Positions 9,389 to 20,655 of a DNA stretch of 64,000 nt are shown here, piece by piece. The notes beneath the pieces are model-generated. The model was given only the letters and a program-made list of their open reading frames with translations, made no database searches and was not told the origin of the DNA. Position numbers and translations under genes: made by a program. The DNA is from Gammaproteobacteria bacterium (lineage in GTDB: Bacteria > Pseudomonadota > Gammaproteobacteria > Eutrophobiales > Eutrophobiaceae). The stretch covers positions 171,385 through 235,384 of the forward strand of contig CBDEUK010000001.1 of NCBI GenBank assembly GCA_965243205.1, given 5' to 3'. Position 1 is the first letter of the stretch; each line of letters starts with the position of its first letter.

Positions 9389-11257
9389 TTAACGAACGAC
9401 ACATTCAGGTGCTTCGACTAGTGACATAATCGTGCCTTCGGTAATATCTTTTGCACGTGTACTTGCATTTCTCGCCTCTTGACGAGTAATACCATAGAGC
9501 TCTCTTAAAAAGCTAAAGTTGACATTACCGCCACAGAGATAAACATTCAGCTTGTCAAAAAATGCTCTAGTACCTCCCGTGGATAATAAGTTTTGCCAAT
9601 AATCAAAATGCACCAACACATCTAATTCGCGTCGAGGTTCATTTTCTAATCGATAATACACACCCTCATCATCGGCTTCTCGAATGTAGTGACGATAGGT
9701 ATCTGCAGTATCAACAATTGAAGTGGTATCTATAATTTCAAATTCAGGAGACACAAGCGTTGAATTAACAACGTCCGCTGGATCAGGTGTGTAATTCGAT
9801 ACAGCACCTGGTGCTTGGTAATCAGGCTTATAAAAGTTGAACACACTCGGAGAACGATGAGCGCCTTGTTCAAAATCACTTGATAAATCAGGTAATGCCA
9901 AACGACCTAGAGTATAATTTGAAGTTGCCTCAAACAACCTTAAGAAGGCAGTAAAGCGCATAATAGGCTCAATAACTTTAGTACGTTCCGTACCACCATT
10001 AAATATTTCTACACCAATGACACGTTGGTTACGACTATTTCGTCTTACTCGATAATCATAATTATTTAAATTATGATCAGATAGTAGAATTGTTTTTATT
10101 ACTTCACCTAAATCACCTGAAGTATTAACAAATACAGTTGCGACTTCTTGTACATAAGCAGGTGAAGGATTAGACATTGTAAAACGTTGAATTAAACGGC
10201 GTGAAATAAAAGGCGCTGTATTTGGATGTGTGCTTAAAATATTTAACACAGCATCGAGATCTTGTTGCGCATTTTGACCGGCAGGTAAGATAGTACCATT
10301 GGTTAAATCGGTTAAATCCTTTTCATCTGTATCATGCCAAAAAGTATCAAAAACCATTGGTAAGGAGAACACCGGCTCGTCATCAAAGAAGTTGCGAGTT
10401 GCATAATGCCAACCTGTAAATACTCTGGCCATTGTTCGAATGGTATTATTATCATAAGTATCGATTAAATTACCATTGCCATCGACTCTAAACGTTCCAT
10501 CGATATTTAGCTCATGTAATCCTATTGAAAATAACTGCATGATCTCACGTGCATAGTTTTCATCTGGAAATAAATTATCTTGTGGAATCGGCTTAGGATT
10601 ATTTGCATGACTTAAGAAACGCCCCATAACTGGATGCATGCTTACTTGACGTAGAAGATCTCGATAATTTCCAAAAGCATTACTTGTCATCAAATCATAG
10701 TAATAAGTCGAACCAAGAAATAATGGTTGCCCATTATTATCTTGATCAGAACGATGTAGATAAAAATCATCATCATTCACGACAAAAATCTGAGATAGCG
10801 CCCATGCCATACGCTGACGTAATTGATCCTGTGATGTTAAACTGGAATGCCACCAAGCGTGATAACGATATTCATCGATACCATATACATTAACATTATC
10901 TTGGTTAAAGTAATCAATGCCATCATCAGTCATCATTTGTCGTTCAAGCATATTATGCAAGGTCACTGGTAGAGTCATTTGATTATCAACCCATTCAGTT
11001 AATGCAGCTCTGTGACCAATGGCAAGAATTCGCTGAGCTAAAGCTTCGGTTTCAGCAATCGTTGGTCCAAAAGTAGTTTGTGATAAAAACTGGCTGGCTT
11101 GAGCTTCAGCAATTACTTGCTGATAATTTGTATCGTTCGCCGCTAATGCGCCACTGCGCGTAGGTGTCGCCGCAAACGAGAATTGACTAGAAAAAACAAG
11201 AAGAATAGAAATCCAGAACTTATGTATCTGGCCACAGTGCAACTTCTTCATGGTCAA
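9389..11257 (-). CDS. DUF1800 family protein (secreted), partner of DUF1501
   Basis: 622 aa with a signal peptide. It lies immediately upstream of DUF1501 on the same strand (40-nt gap), which is the hallmark DUF1800/DUF1501 gene pair. Confidence 0.65.
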   Translation of the reverse strand: MTMKKLHCGQIHKFWISILLVFSSQFSFAATPTRSGALAANDTNYQQVIAEAQASQFLSQTTFGPTIAETEALAQRILAIGHRAALTEWVDNQMTLPVTLHNMLERQMMTDDGIDYFNQDNVNVYGIDEYRYHAWWHSSLTSQDQLRQRMAWALSQIFVVNDDDFYLHRSDQDNNGQPLFLGSTYYYDLMTSNAFGNYRDLLRQVSMHPVMGRFLSHANNPKPIPQDNLFPDENYAREIMQLFSIGLHELNIDGTFRVDGNGNLIDTYDNNTIRTMARVFTGWHYATRNFFDDEPVFSLPMVFDTFWHDTDEKDLTDLTNGTILPAGQNAQQDLDAVLNILSTHPNTAPFISRRLIQRFTMSNPSPAYVQEVATVFVNTSGDLGEVIKTILLSDHNLNNYDYRVRRNSRNQRVIGVEIFNGGTERTKVIEPIMRFTAFLRLFEATSNYTLGRLALPDLSSDFEQGAHRSPSVFNFYKPDYQAPGAVSNYTPDPADVVNSTLVSPEFEIIDTTSIVDTADTYRHYIREADDEGVYYRLENEPRRELDVLVHFDYWQNLLSTGGTRAFFDKLNVYLCGGNVNFSFLRELYGITRQEARNASTRAKDITEGTIMSLVEAPECVVR

Positions 11258-11509
11258 GTATCTCCAAACTATTAATACGAGTATTTATCCTTGATTTAGA
11301 ATTAGTTTGTAGTTATTTAATTTCAATTTAGTACTACATCCATAACAAGGTAACGGGATTGTTGCACTAAAACTAAAGGCTAACTATGAAATGGTTCACA
11401 TACGATTAGTGAAATTAGGCAAACTTGTTCACAAAAAAAATGCGGAAGCCCTAAATTGTGAACTAGTTATCATTTAAGAAAGGGATATTAAAATAATAAA
11501 TAAAAGTAT

Positions 11510-12820
<1,311 letters not shown>

Positions 12821-12828
12821 TTAATTTA

Positions 12829-14010
12829 TTATAATGACTGAACAGTCCATTCTTCGTTATGTTTAATTAAAGTCCTATCACATCCCATTGCTTTAGCACC
12901 ACCAGTTTGTCCTGGTAATTCATTAATGACTGTTTCACCCTGCTCTCTTAACTCTAAGATTTTTTTTGTTAAAGTTTCATCTTTTATAGAAGGTGCAAAA
13001 ATCGCTTTAAACTCTTTAGCCGGTTTATTGGATAATTTCATCAATAATTTTATATCCGCACTAAAACCGGTCGCAGCTCGTGAACGACCAAATGAAACAC
13101 CCACATTATCATAACGCCCACCAAATGCGATGCCAGAACCTTGGCCTGGTACATAAGCTGAAAACATAATTCCAGTATGATAGTGATAACCACGTAAATC
13201 CGCTAAATCAAAAAATAATGGTGCCTTTGGATGAGTAGATACAACTTGTTCATAAAGCTTTTTCAATTCATTTAGATAATTTTTAATTTTTTCATTTTTA
13301 AAAAATCGATCTGCTTCATCCAAAATTGAAACTTCACCATTAAATTCAATCAGTTTTTCAAACGGAAGCAATTCATTTTTAGCTAAATTCCATTGCTGTA
13401 TTTTTTCATGCAGTTCAGGTATGGCTTTGCGTTGCAAGATGTTAAATAACTCAGCTTGTTGTTGTTGAGTTAAATCTGTTTCGCTGATTAATGCATTAAA
13501 AATCGCAACATGACCTATATCAATATGAATATTATCAATACCAATCTTTTCTAGTATGCACAGTAATAAACAAAGAGTTTCTGCATCGCTTTCAATACCA
13601 CTATGACCAAATAACTCGGCACCTACTTGTAATGGACTTCGTGTTCCACCATGACTATTTGGTTTTGTATGCAATACGGTACCTAGATAGCAGAGCCTCT
13701 CAGGTACATCACGTTTTAAATAATGAGCATCAATTCTTGCGACTTGAGGAGTGGTATCTGCACGTATACCCATCATCCGTCCTGTTAACAAATCAGTGAT
13801 CTTAAAAGTTTGTAATTCTAAGTCTTCACCTGTACCTGTTAAAAGCGAGTCAAGGTATTCAATCATCGGTGGAATTACTAATTGATAACCCCAACTTTGA
13901 AAGGTATCAATCACAATTCGACAAATTTCTTCTAACCTGGTCGCTTCAGGAGGTAAAATTTCCTCAATGCCTTCCGGTAACAACCATGAGTTTTTTTCTT
14001 GGTTACTCAT
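12829..14010 (-). CDS. hisZ: ATP phosphoribosyltransferase regulatory subunit (HisRS paralogue)
   Basis: 393 aa with class-II aaRS-like motifs and no anticodon-binding domain. It sits between hflC and purA as in Pseudomonas and Legionella-type genomes. Confidence 0.8.
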   Translation of the reverse strand: MSNQEKNSWLLPEGIEEILPPEATRLEEICRIVIDTFQSWGYQLVIPPMIEYLDSLLTGTGEDLELQTFKITDLLTGRMMGIRADTTPQVARIDAHYLKRDVPERLCYLGTVLHTKPNSHGGTRSPLQVGAELFGHSGIESDAETLCLLLCILEKIGIDNIHIDIGHVAIFNALISETDLTQQQQAELFNILQRKAIPELHEKIQQWNLAKNELLPFEKLIEFNGEVSILDEADRFFKNEKIKNYLNELKKLYEQVVSTHPKAPLFFDLADLRGYHYHTGIMFSAYVPGQGSGIAFGGRYDNVGVSFGRSRAATGFSADIKLLMKLSNKPAKEFKAIFAPSIKDETLTKKILELREQGETVINELPGQTGGAKAMGCDRTLIKHNEEWTVQSL

Positions 14011-14195
14011 AATGAAATAAAAAATAAAATGATTAGCCCTGTAATCATACTAGTTAAGCCAAGTAAACGTATCTCCGATGTTTTCATATTAAAAACCATT
14101 GCCATCATTTCACGCCATTTATTGGGTGAAATAAAAGGTAGGATACCTTCCATAATTAACATTAATGCAAATGCTGTTATAAAAACTGAAATCAT
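14007..14195 (-). CDS. DUF2065 small membrane protein (YjeT-like)
   Basis: 62 aa with two TM helices. It overlaps the hisZ start by 4 nt (ATGA) and occupies the same position as yjeT downstream of hflC. Confidence 0.6.
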   Translation of the reverse strand: MISVFITAFALMLIMEGILPFISPNKWREMMAMVFNMKTSEIRLLGLTSMITGLIILFFISL

Positions 14196-14279
14196 GAAGG
14201 CCCTTCAGTATTCATCAAAGGATATAAAAGATTATATTATTTACGTTTAACAAACATAGAAGCGGTAAAAACTGAATTT

Positions 14280-15149
14280 TTATTGGCCATTTTGGTTATT
14301 AAAGTATTTAAAAAATTCAGAATCTGGTGCAAGTAATAATACGTTATCGCTATTATTAAAACTTTTTTGATAAGCATTTAAACTACGATATAAAGCATAA
14401 AACTCTTCATCTTTACCATAAGCGGCGGCATAAACTTCTGTTGCTTGAGCATCGCCTTCACCACGAATCGTTTCAGCTTCGCGATAAGCATCCGCTAAGA
14501 TCACTTGACGTTCACGGTCAGCATTCGCTTGAATTCGTTCAGCAGCCTCTGCACCTTTCGCACGTAGTTCTTTAGCAACTCTAACTCGCTCAGAACGCAT
14601 ACGTTGGTATACTTCACTACTGACTTCTTCAGGAAGATCGATACGTTTGGTACGTACATCTACAACCTCAATTCCATACTGTTGGATCATAGTTTCTGAA
14701 ATATTACCAACGATGCTTAAAATTTCAGTACGTTCGCCAGCAACCACTTCTTGTACGGATCGTTTACCAAACTCATCTCGCAATGCCTGGTTTATACTTT
14801 GACCAATCAAACCATTCGCGTATTCAATATCACCACCACGAGTTGATGTATAAAATTTCTTAACATCGATAATGCGCCATTTAGCATAATAATCAACATT
14901 CAAATCTTTCTTTTCCGATGTAAGAAAACGCCCAGGGTCACGATCCAAATTTAATACTCTGGTTTCAAATTTGTGGGCTGTATTAATAAATAGAGGCCAC
15001 ATAAAATGTAAACCCGGCTTAGATTCAGCTCGAACAATTTCACCAAACTGGATCACTACAGCCTGTTCGGACTCTTTAACTTTAAATACGCCTGTAAGCC
15101 CAATTAATAATAAAACTACGAAAACCATAAACAGAGTTCTTATATTCAT
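14280..15149 (-). CDS. hflC: Protease modulator HflC (SPFH/band-7)
   Basis: 289 aa; N-terminal TM helix followed by an SPFH domain. The start overlaps the hflK stop. Confidence 0.9.
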   Translation of the reverse strand: MNIRTLFMVFVVLLLIGLTGVFKVKESEQAVVIQFGEIVRAESKPGLHFMWPLFINTAHKFETRVLNLDRDPGRFLTSEKKDLNVDYYAKWRIIDVKKFYTSTRGGDIEYANGLIGQSINQALRDEFGKRSVQEVVAGERTEILSIVGNISETMIQQYGIEVVDVRTKRIDLPEEVSSEVYQRMRSERVRVAKELRAKGAEAAERIQANADRERQVILADAYREAETIRGEGDAQATEVYAAAYGKDEEFYALYRSLNAYQKSFNNSDNVLLLAPDSEFFKYFNNQNGQ

Positions 15150-16279
15150 TAACGTAGTCCTCTTAATCTATCGTCAACTGAATTAGTGGACGGAGTATTA
15201 ACTGTTGCTGATGGTTGACGATAATTATTATTAGTACCTCCACCCAATTGATTATTTTTGATTAATTGATCAATTGGTAAATACATCAAGCTATTACTAC
15301 TCTCAGCATCCATCAGTACTTTATTTGAGTTTGATAAGACATTTTCCATTGCATCTAAGTATAAACGTTGACGAGTAATCTCAGGAGCACGCTTATATTC
15401 TTTAAGTTGTTGAGCAAAACGACTAGCCTCACCTTCAGCCTTTGCAATGACGCTGGCTTTATAACCATTGGCTTCTTCACGTAACCTTGCAGCCTCACCT
15501 CGAGCACGCGGTATAATTTCATTACGATAGGCTTCAGCTTCATTCACTTTACGTTCTCTATCTTCGCGTGCCTTGATCACATCATCAAAAGCGTCTTTAA
15601 CCTGTTCAGGTGGTTTAGAAGATTGCAATTCTACGCCTACGATACTGATGCCAGTTTCATAATCATCAAGAATATCTTGGAGAAGAGCTTGTTGTGTTGA
15701 GGCAATTTCACTACGACCTTCAGTCAAAATAAAGTCTAATTTAGATTTACCGATCACTTCACGCACTGCACTTTCTGTTGCTTGTATTAATGTTGATAAA
15801 GGATCATTTACTTTAAATAGATACTTGGCAGGCTCGGCGATTTGCCATTTCACGGAAACATCGACATCAACGATGTTTTCATCCTGGGTCAACATTGTTG
15901 CTCTACTGGTTATTTGACGAACCTGGCCCACATTCACTTTTTCTACAGTTTCTATTGGTCGAGGAAATCGAAAGTTTAAACCTGGTTGGATAGTTGTAAC
16001 GTATTCACCAAATCTTAGAACAACTCCACGTTCCTGTTGATTGATGGTGTAAGTGACGTCATATATTAACCACGCAAATACAGCGAGTAGTAAAAAAGCC
16101 CACGGAATATTTTCACCTTCGCCTGAGCTTGAATTGCCCGATTTATTTCCGAACAAACCACCCAAACCTTTTTGCCACTTTTTCATCATCTCATCGAGAT
16201 CAGGCGGGCCATCATTATTGCCACGATTACCCCATGGATCTTTATCGTTGTTATCACCAGAAGGCTCATTCCAGCCCAT
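15149..16279 (-). CDS. hflK: Protease modulator HflK (SPFH/band-7)
   Basis: 376 aa; Gly/Asn-rich N-terminus, a TM helix and an SPFH domain, in the hflX-hflK-hflC order. Confidence 0.9.
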   Translation of the reverse strand: MGWNEPSGDNNDKDPWGNRGNNDGPPDLDEMMKKWQKGLGGLFGNKSGNSSSGEGENIPWAFLLLAVFAWLIYDVTYTINQQERGVVLRFGEYVTTIQPGLNFRFPRPIETVEKVNVGQVRQITSRATMLTQDENIVDVDVSVKWQIAEPAKYLFKVNDPLSTLIQATESAVREVIGKSKLDFILTEGRSEIASTQQALLQDILDDYETGISIVGVELQSSKPPEQVKDAFDDVIKAREDRERKVNEAEAYRNEIIPRARGEAARLREEANGYKASVIAKAEGEASRFAQQLKEYKRAPEITRQRLYLDAMENVLSNSNKVLMDAESSNSLMYLPIDQLIKNNQLGGGTNNNYRQPSATVNTPSTNSVDDRLRGLR

Positions 16280-16300
16280 GATTGCTACTCTCCAGTTTGA

Positions 16301-17596
16301 TTAGTTAATTAATTCGCCTTGTAAAACGGCAGTTGAGACGCCTGATTGCTTACAAAAAAGCTCTAATGTGGTTTTATCAAGATGGATATCCATCACCCAA
16401 CCACCCTTTTCATCAGTGGTTTCCTGTTCAACCACGCCTGCATTGAATAATTGAGCACGTAATTTGCCAGCACTTGGCGGGATATGCAATTGATGAAAGG
16501 CATTTTTTTCATAAACAAAAGAATTAATAGCATCTTTTAGTAACTCTTGGCCTTCACGAGTCTTAGCGGATAACCAAATATGAGTTGCTACACCCGCTTC
16601 ATTCTCTCGAATTTTAGCTGAAAAAGCGTCATCTAAATCGATTTTGTTATAGACCATTAACTGAGGCACATCACCTGCCTCAATTTCATCGATCACCTCA
16701 TTGACCTGATCAATGTGATTTTGTCGTTGCGGATCATTCACGTCCACAACATGTAACAACAAATCCGCTTGTTTCACTTCTAATAAGGTTGCGTGGAATG
16801 ATTCAATCAAATCATGAGGAATTTGACGAATGAAACCAACCGTATCTGATAATACAATAGGATGATTACCTTCTAATACACAACGACGTTGAGTCGCGTC
16901 TAAGGTCGCAAACAATTGATCAGCAGCATAAACTTTAGCATCGGTTAAGGTATTAAACAGAGTTGATTTGCCTGCATTGGTATAGCCTACCAATGCCACC
17001 AATGGTACTTTGGAACGTAATCGTCGTTGTCGACCTTGCTGACGTTGTTGTTTAACTTTTTCTAATCGAGCTTTGATTGTCTTGATGCGCTGGCGTAATA
17101 ATCGACGGTCGGTTTCTAACTGGGTCTCACCAGGACCTCTGAGGCCGATACCACCTTTTTGGCGCTCCAAGTGAGTCCAACCTCTGATAAGTCGAGTTGA
17201 TAGATGAGTCAATTGAGCTAGTTCAACCTGTAACTTACCTTCATAACTGGAAGCACGTTGAGCAAAGATATCTAGAATTAAACCTACTCGGTCAATCACT
17301 CGTGCTTTGCACAGTTTTTCTAAATTACGTTCCTGACTCGGAGAAAGAGAATGATTAAAAATGATCAGCTTTATATCCAAGGCTTGGCATTGCATGGCAA
17401 TTTCTTCGGCCTTACCCTGACCAACAAAATATTTTGGATCAGGGGTTTGGCGACTACCTTGAATAACAGCTTCAGGCTTAAGATTGGCAGATTCGACCAA
17501 TTGGACGAACTCATTATGATCATCCTCGAATTCGCCAGTATGAAAATCTATATGGACAAGTACTGCTTGTTCTTTATCGTCAGCTATTTGATTCAA
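16301..17596 (-). CDS. hflX: GTPase HflX
   Basis: 431 aa; G1 motif GYTNAGKSTLFN, DTVGF and NKID motifs, and an N-terminal HflX domain. Confidence 0.9.
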   Translation of the reverse strand: MNQIADDKEQAVLVHIDFHTGEFEDDHNEFVQLVESANLKPEAVIQGSRQTPDPKYFVGQGKAEEIAMQCQALDIKLIIFNHSLSPSQERNLEKLCKARVIDRVGLILDIFAQRASSYEGKLQVELAQLTHLSTRLIRGWTHLERQKGGIGLRGPGETQLETDRRLLRQRIKTIKARLEKVKQQRQQGRQRRLRSKVPLVALVGYTNAGKSTLFNTLTDAKVYAADQLFATLDATQRRCVLEGNHPIVLSDTVGFIRQIPHDLIESFHATLLEVKQADLLLHVVDVNDPQRQNHIDQVNEVIDEIEAGDVPQLMVYNKIDLDDAFSAKIRENEAGVATHIWLSAKTREGQELLKDAINSFVYEKNAFHQLHIPPSAGKLRAQLFNAGVVEQETTDEKGGWVMDIHLDKTTLELFCKQSGVSTAVLQGELIN

Positions 17597-17622
17597 ATAA
17601 AGCGTACCACCTAGACCCAGAA

Positions 17623-17862
17623 TTAATCAGCGTCTTCTTCATCAGCCCTTGGCATTTTGACATTTTTCGCTGGAACGATAGTCGAAATGGCATGTTTATA
17701 GACCAGTTGATTCACTGAATTTTTCAATAAAACCACAAATTGATCAAATGACTCAACCTGTCCTTGTAGTTTAATCCCATTGACTAAGTAAATGGATACA
17801 GGTATCCGCTCCTTTCTGAGTGCATTGAGAAATGGGTCTTGTAACGTATGCCCTTTGCTCAT
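17623..17862 (-). CDS. hfq: RNA chaperone Hfq
   Basis: [48 protein letters not shown]...[11 protein letters not shown], the Sm1/Sm2 motifs of Hfq. Confidence 0.95.
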   Translation of the reverse strand: MSKGHTLQDPFLNALRKERIPVSIYLVNGIKLQGQVESFDQFVVLLKNSVNQLVYKHAISTIVPAKNVKMPRADEEDAD

Positions 17863-17959
17863 TGGATTTCTCCTTATTTTTATTAATTATCCTGGCTCAC
17901 CAGCATGTGGCCAAAAAATAATCATTATTTATTGTATATATACGAATGTAATGCTGATT

Positions 17960-18898
17960 TTACCCGAAATTTTGCAGTTTTGGGTATTGAATCAGACTAT
18001 CTACTACTTTATGCCATTTTTGCTCGTCCTGCGAGTTAATAGTAATGACATTTTCTTCCTTACGAAACCATGTCATTTGGCGTTTTGCCAATTGACGCGT
18101 TGCAATAATAGCGTGTTTTTGCATTTCATCATAGTCTAGCTCACCATCTAAATATCGCCACACCTGTCTATAGCCAACTAAACGCATTGAAGGCAATGAA
18201 GAATTTAACTCTTCACGTTGAAATAATGACTCAACTTCTTCAATAAAACCCTGTTCAAGCATTTTAATAAACCGTTGTTTGCAAATATCACGATGAGCTT
18301 CTCGCGATTCAGGCATTAGTAATATTTTAACAATTTCATCATTGAGAGCTTGGTTTTGTCGATTATTCAGTAACTCACTCATGGGGTTACCAGTGATCTC
18401 ATAAACTTCTAGTGCTCGCTGAATACGCTGAGGATCATTGTAATTAATTCGTAAAGCTGACTGAGGATCGATCTGTTGTAATCGTTTGTATAAAACATCT
18501 AAACCTTGTTCTCTATATTCCTTATCTAAACGCTGGCGAATACTGGTATCTGCGCTTGGTAACTGACTCAATCCTTCTGACAGACTTTTAAAATATAAAC
18601 CCGTGCCACCTACTAACAATGGTATTTTATTTCTCGCTTGAATTTGCTTAATCTCAGACAAGGCATCGGTTCTGAATTGCGCAGCAGAATAAGTTTGAGT
18701 AGGTTCACAAATATCTATTAAACGATGCGGTGCTTTAGCTAAAACACTAGGTTCAGGCTTTGCAGTACCAATATCCATTCCCTTATACACCATGGCAGAA
18801 TCCACACTGATAATTTCCATCGGAAATTTTTGTATAAGTTCAATCGCAACATCAGTCTTGCCAGTTGCAGTAGGTCCCATTAAAAAAACAACAGCCAT
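17960..18898 (-). CDS. miaA: tRNA dimethylallyltransferase
   Basis: 312 aa; P-loop FLMGPTATGKT and other typical MiaA motifs. Confidence 0.9.
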   Translation of the reverse strand: MAVVFLMGPTATGKTDVAIELIQKFPMEIISVDSAMVYKGMDIGTAKPEPSVLAKAPHRLIDICEPTQTYSAAQFRTDALSEIKQIQARNKIPLLVGGTGLYFKSLSEGLSQLPSADTSIRQRLDKEYREQGLDVLYKRLQQIDPQSALRINYNDPQRIQRALEVYEITGNPMSELLNNRQNQALNDEIVKILLMPESREAHRDICKQRFIKMLEQGFIEEVESLFQREELNSSLPSMRLVGYRQVWRYLDGELDYDEMQKHAIIATRQLAKRQMTWFRKEENVITINSQDEQKWHKVVDSLIQYPKLQNFG

Positions 18899-18900
18899 TA

Positions 18901-20607
18901 TTAAAATTTTTGATTCAATAATTTTTGTAAGGTTTGTTCATCCAGAACACGAAAACAATTTTCTGTTTGATGGATGTTTTTATAACAAAATGAGAATAGT
19001 TGTTTTAATTCGTCATCTGATAGTTTTTCAGGCAGTTGGTCATTTGCGCGTTCCGCTATTAACTCTATCAATAACGTCAATAATTCTTCATGCTCTTTTG
19101 CAGCGATCAATTCAATAACTTGATCAAAGAAATTACGAATATCTATATACTGAACACATTCAGGCAATTGTTTAACCATTATGTGCTCTGGAGAATGGCG
19201 TCGAATAGCAAAACCTAATGTAGATAAAATTTCTTGTTCACTTTCTAGATAATCAATGTTTATTGCTGTATTTTGATATTCGAATGGAATAAGTAATGGA
19301 CGGCTAATCACTTTATTATCTTTTGTAATTTGTGAGCCCAATAATTCTTTTATTCTTTGTGTGCGAGTTTTATAAATATCTATTAACAAAAAGCCTTCAT
19401 CGACATGATGAATACTATATCGACCATTAAAACCAATATTATGGACATTCTGTTTTATAGACTTGTTAAGGTTTTTACTTTCTGACTCATATAGATATTG
19501 CACATTTTTTTCTTTAACCATTGAAGTTTCAGAATCTGTCGATAATTCAATATTGTTATTTAAAGTCTGATTTTGAATAAAAGAAATATTAGATTTTTTT
19601 TCATTGAGTATTTGCTCCAAACAATGAAATACAAAATCATGTATATCACGAGGCTTATGAAATCGAACTTCCTGTTTACCCGGGTGAACATTGACGTCAA
19701 ACTGTGAAGCCTGCATTTCTAAAAAAATAACATAACAAGGATAACGACCAGGGTGTAACCTTTCATTAAATGCTAATTTAATGGCATGTTGAATATGCTT
19801 ATCTTTTATAAAACGTTTATTTAAATAGAGATACTGTTTATCACTTTGATTACGTGCAATTTCAGGCGAGCCAACCCATCCCCATAACCTAAAATCTTTG
19901 TCTTTAAAATCAAAAGCGGTCATGTTTTTGATAAACTCTAAACCCAATATATCTTTCAATCGTCTTTCATAATCTTGTTCTGATGAAGATAGATTTAAAC
20001 TGATTCGATTATTATGCTGCAGTTTTATAGCTGTATTAAAATGACAGAGTGAAATTGCTTTAACAGTTGATAAGATAGTTTGAAACTCAGTATTGGCAGA
20101 GCGTAAAAATTTTTTTCTCGCAGGAGTATTAAAAAATAAATCTTTAATTTCTACAGATGTACCTTTTTCATGTGCACACGGCTGAATATTAATTTTTCTA
20201 TCGTTTAAAAACTCTAGTTGCATGCCATGTTTAGAATCATCACGACAACTTTGAATAGTAAATTTAGCCACCGACGCAATACTTGCTAGTGCTTCGCCAC
20301 GGAAGCCAAAACTTTTTATCGAGTTTAAATCTTCACTTGTCGATAATTTACTGGTGCTATGGCTTTGTAAAGTTAACGATATATCGTCAGGATGAATCCC
20401 GTAACCATTGTCAGTAACACGTATTAAATTAACGCCTGATTGTTCTATCTGAATTGAGATTTTTGTAGCAGCAGCATCTAAGGAATTCTCCAATAGTTCT
20501 TTAATTACTGAAGCAGGACGTTCGATAACTTCTCCTGCAGCTATTTGATTAGAGACTTGCGGATCCAATACTTTGATACGTGGAACATTTGTTTCGTCAG
20601 GCATCAT
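18901..20607 (-). CDS. mutL: DNA mismatch repair protein MutL
   Basis: 568 aa; GHKL ATPase N-terminus (IAAGEVIERPASVIKELLENSLDA...) and a C-terminal dimerisation domain. Confidence 0.9.
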   Translation of the reverse strand: MMPDETNVPRIKVLDPQVSNQIAAGEVIERPASVIKELLENSLDAAATKISIQIEQSGVNLIRVTDNGYGIHPDDISLTLQSHSTSKLSTSEDLNSIKSFGFRGEALASIASVAKFTIQSCRDDSKHGMQLEFLNDRKINIQPCAHEKGTSVEIKDLFFNTPARKKFLRSANTEFQTILSTVKAISLCHFNTAIKLQHNNRISLNLSSSEQDYERRLKDILGLEFIKNMTAFDFKDKDFRLWGWVGSPEIARNQSDKQYLYLNKRFIKDKHIQHAIKLAFNERLHPGRYPCYVIFLEMQASQFDVNVHPGKQEVRFHKPRDIHDFVFHCLEQILNEKKSNISFIQNQTLNNNIELSTDSETSMVKEKNVQYLYESESKNLNKSIKQNVHNIGFNGRYSIHHVDEGFLLIDIYKTRTQRIKELLGSQITKDNKVISRPLLIPFEYQNTAINIDYLESEQEILSTLGFAIRRHSPEHIMVKQLPECVQYIDIRNFFDQVIELIAAKEHEELLTLLIELIAERANDQLPEKLSDDELKQLFSFCYKNIHQTENCFRVLDEQTLQKLLNQKF

Positions 20608-20655
20608 AGGATGATACCTTAAAGCAGAGTCAAAGTTCGAATGATATAGAAAGGT

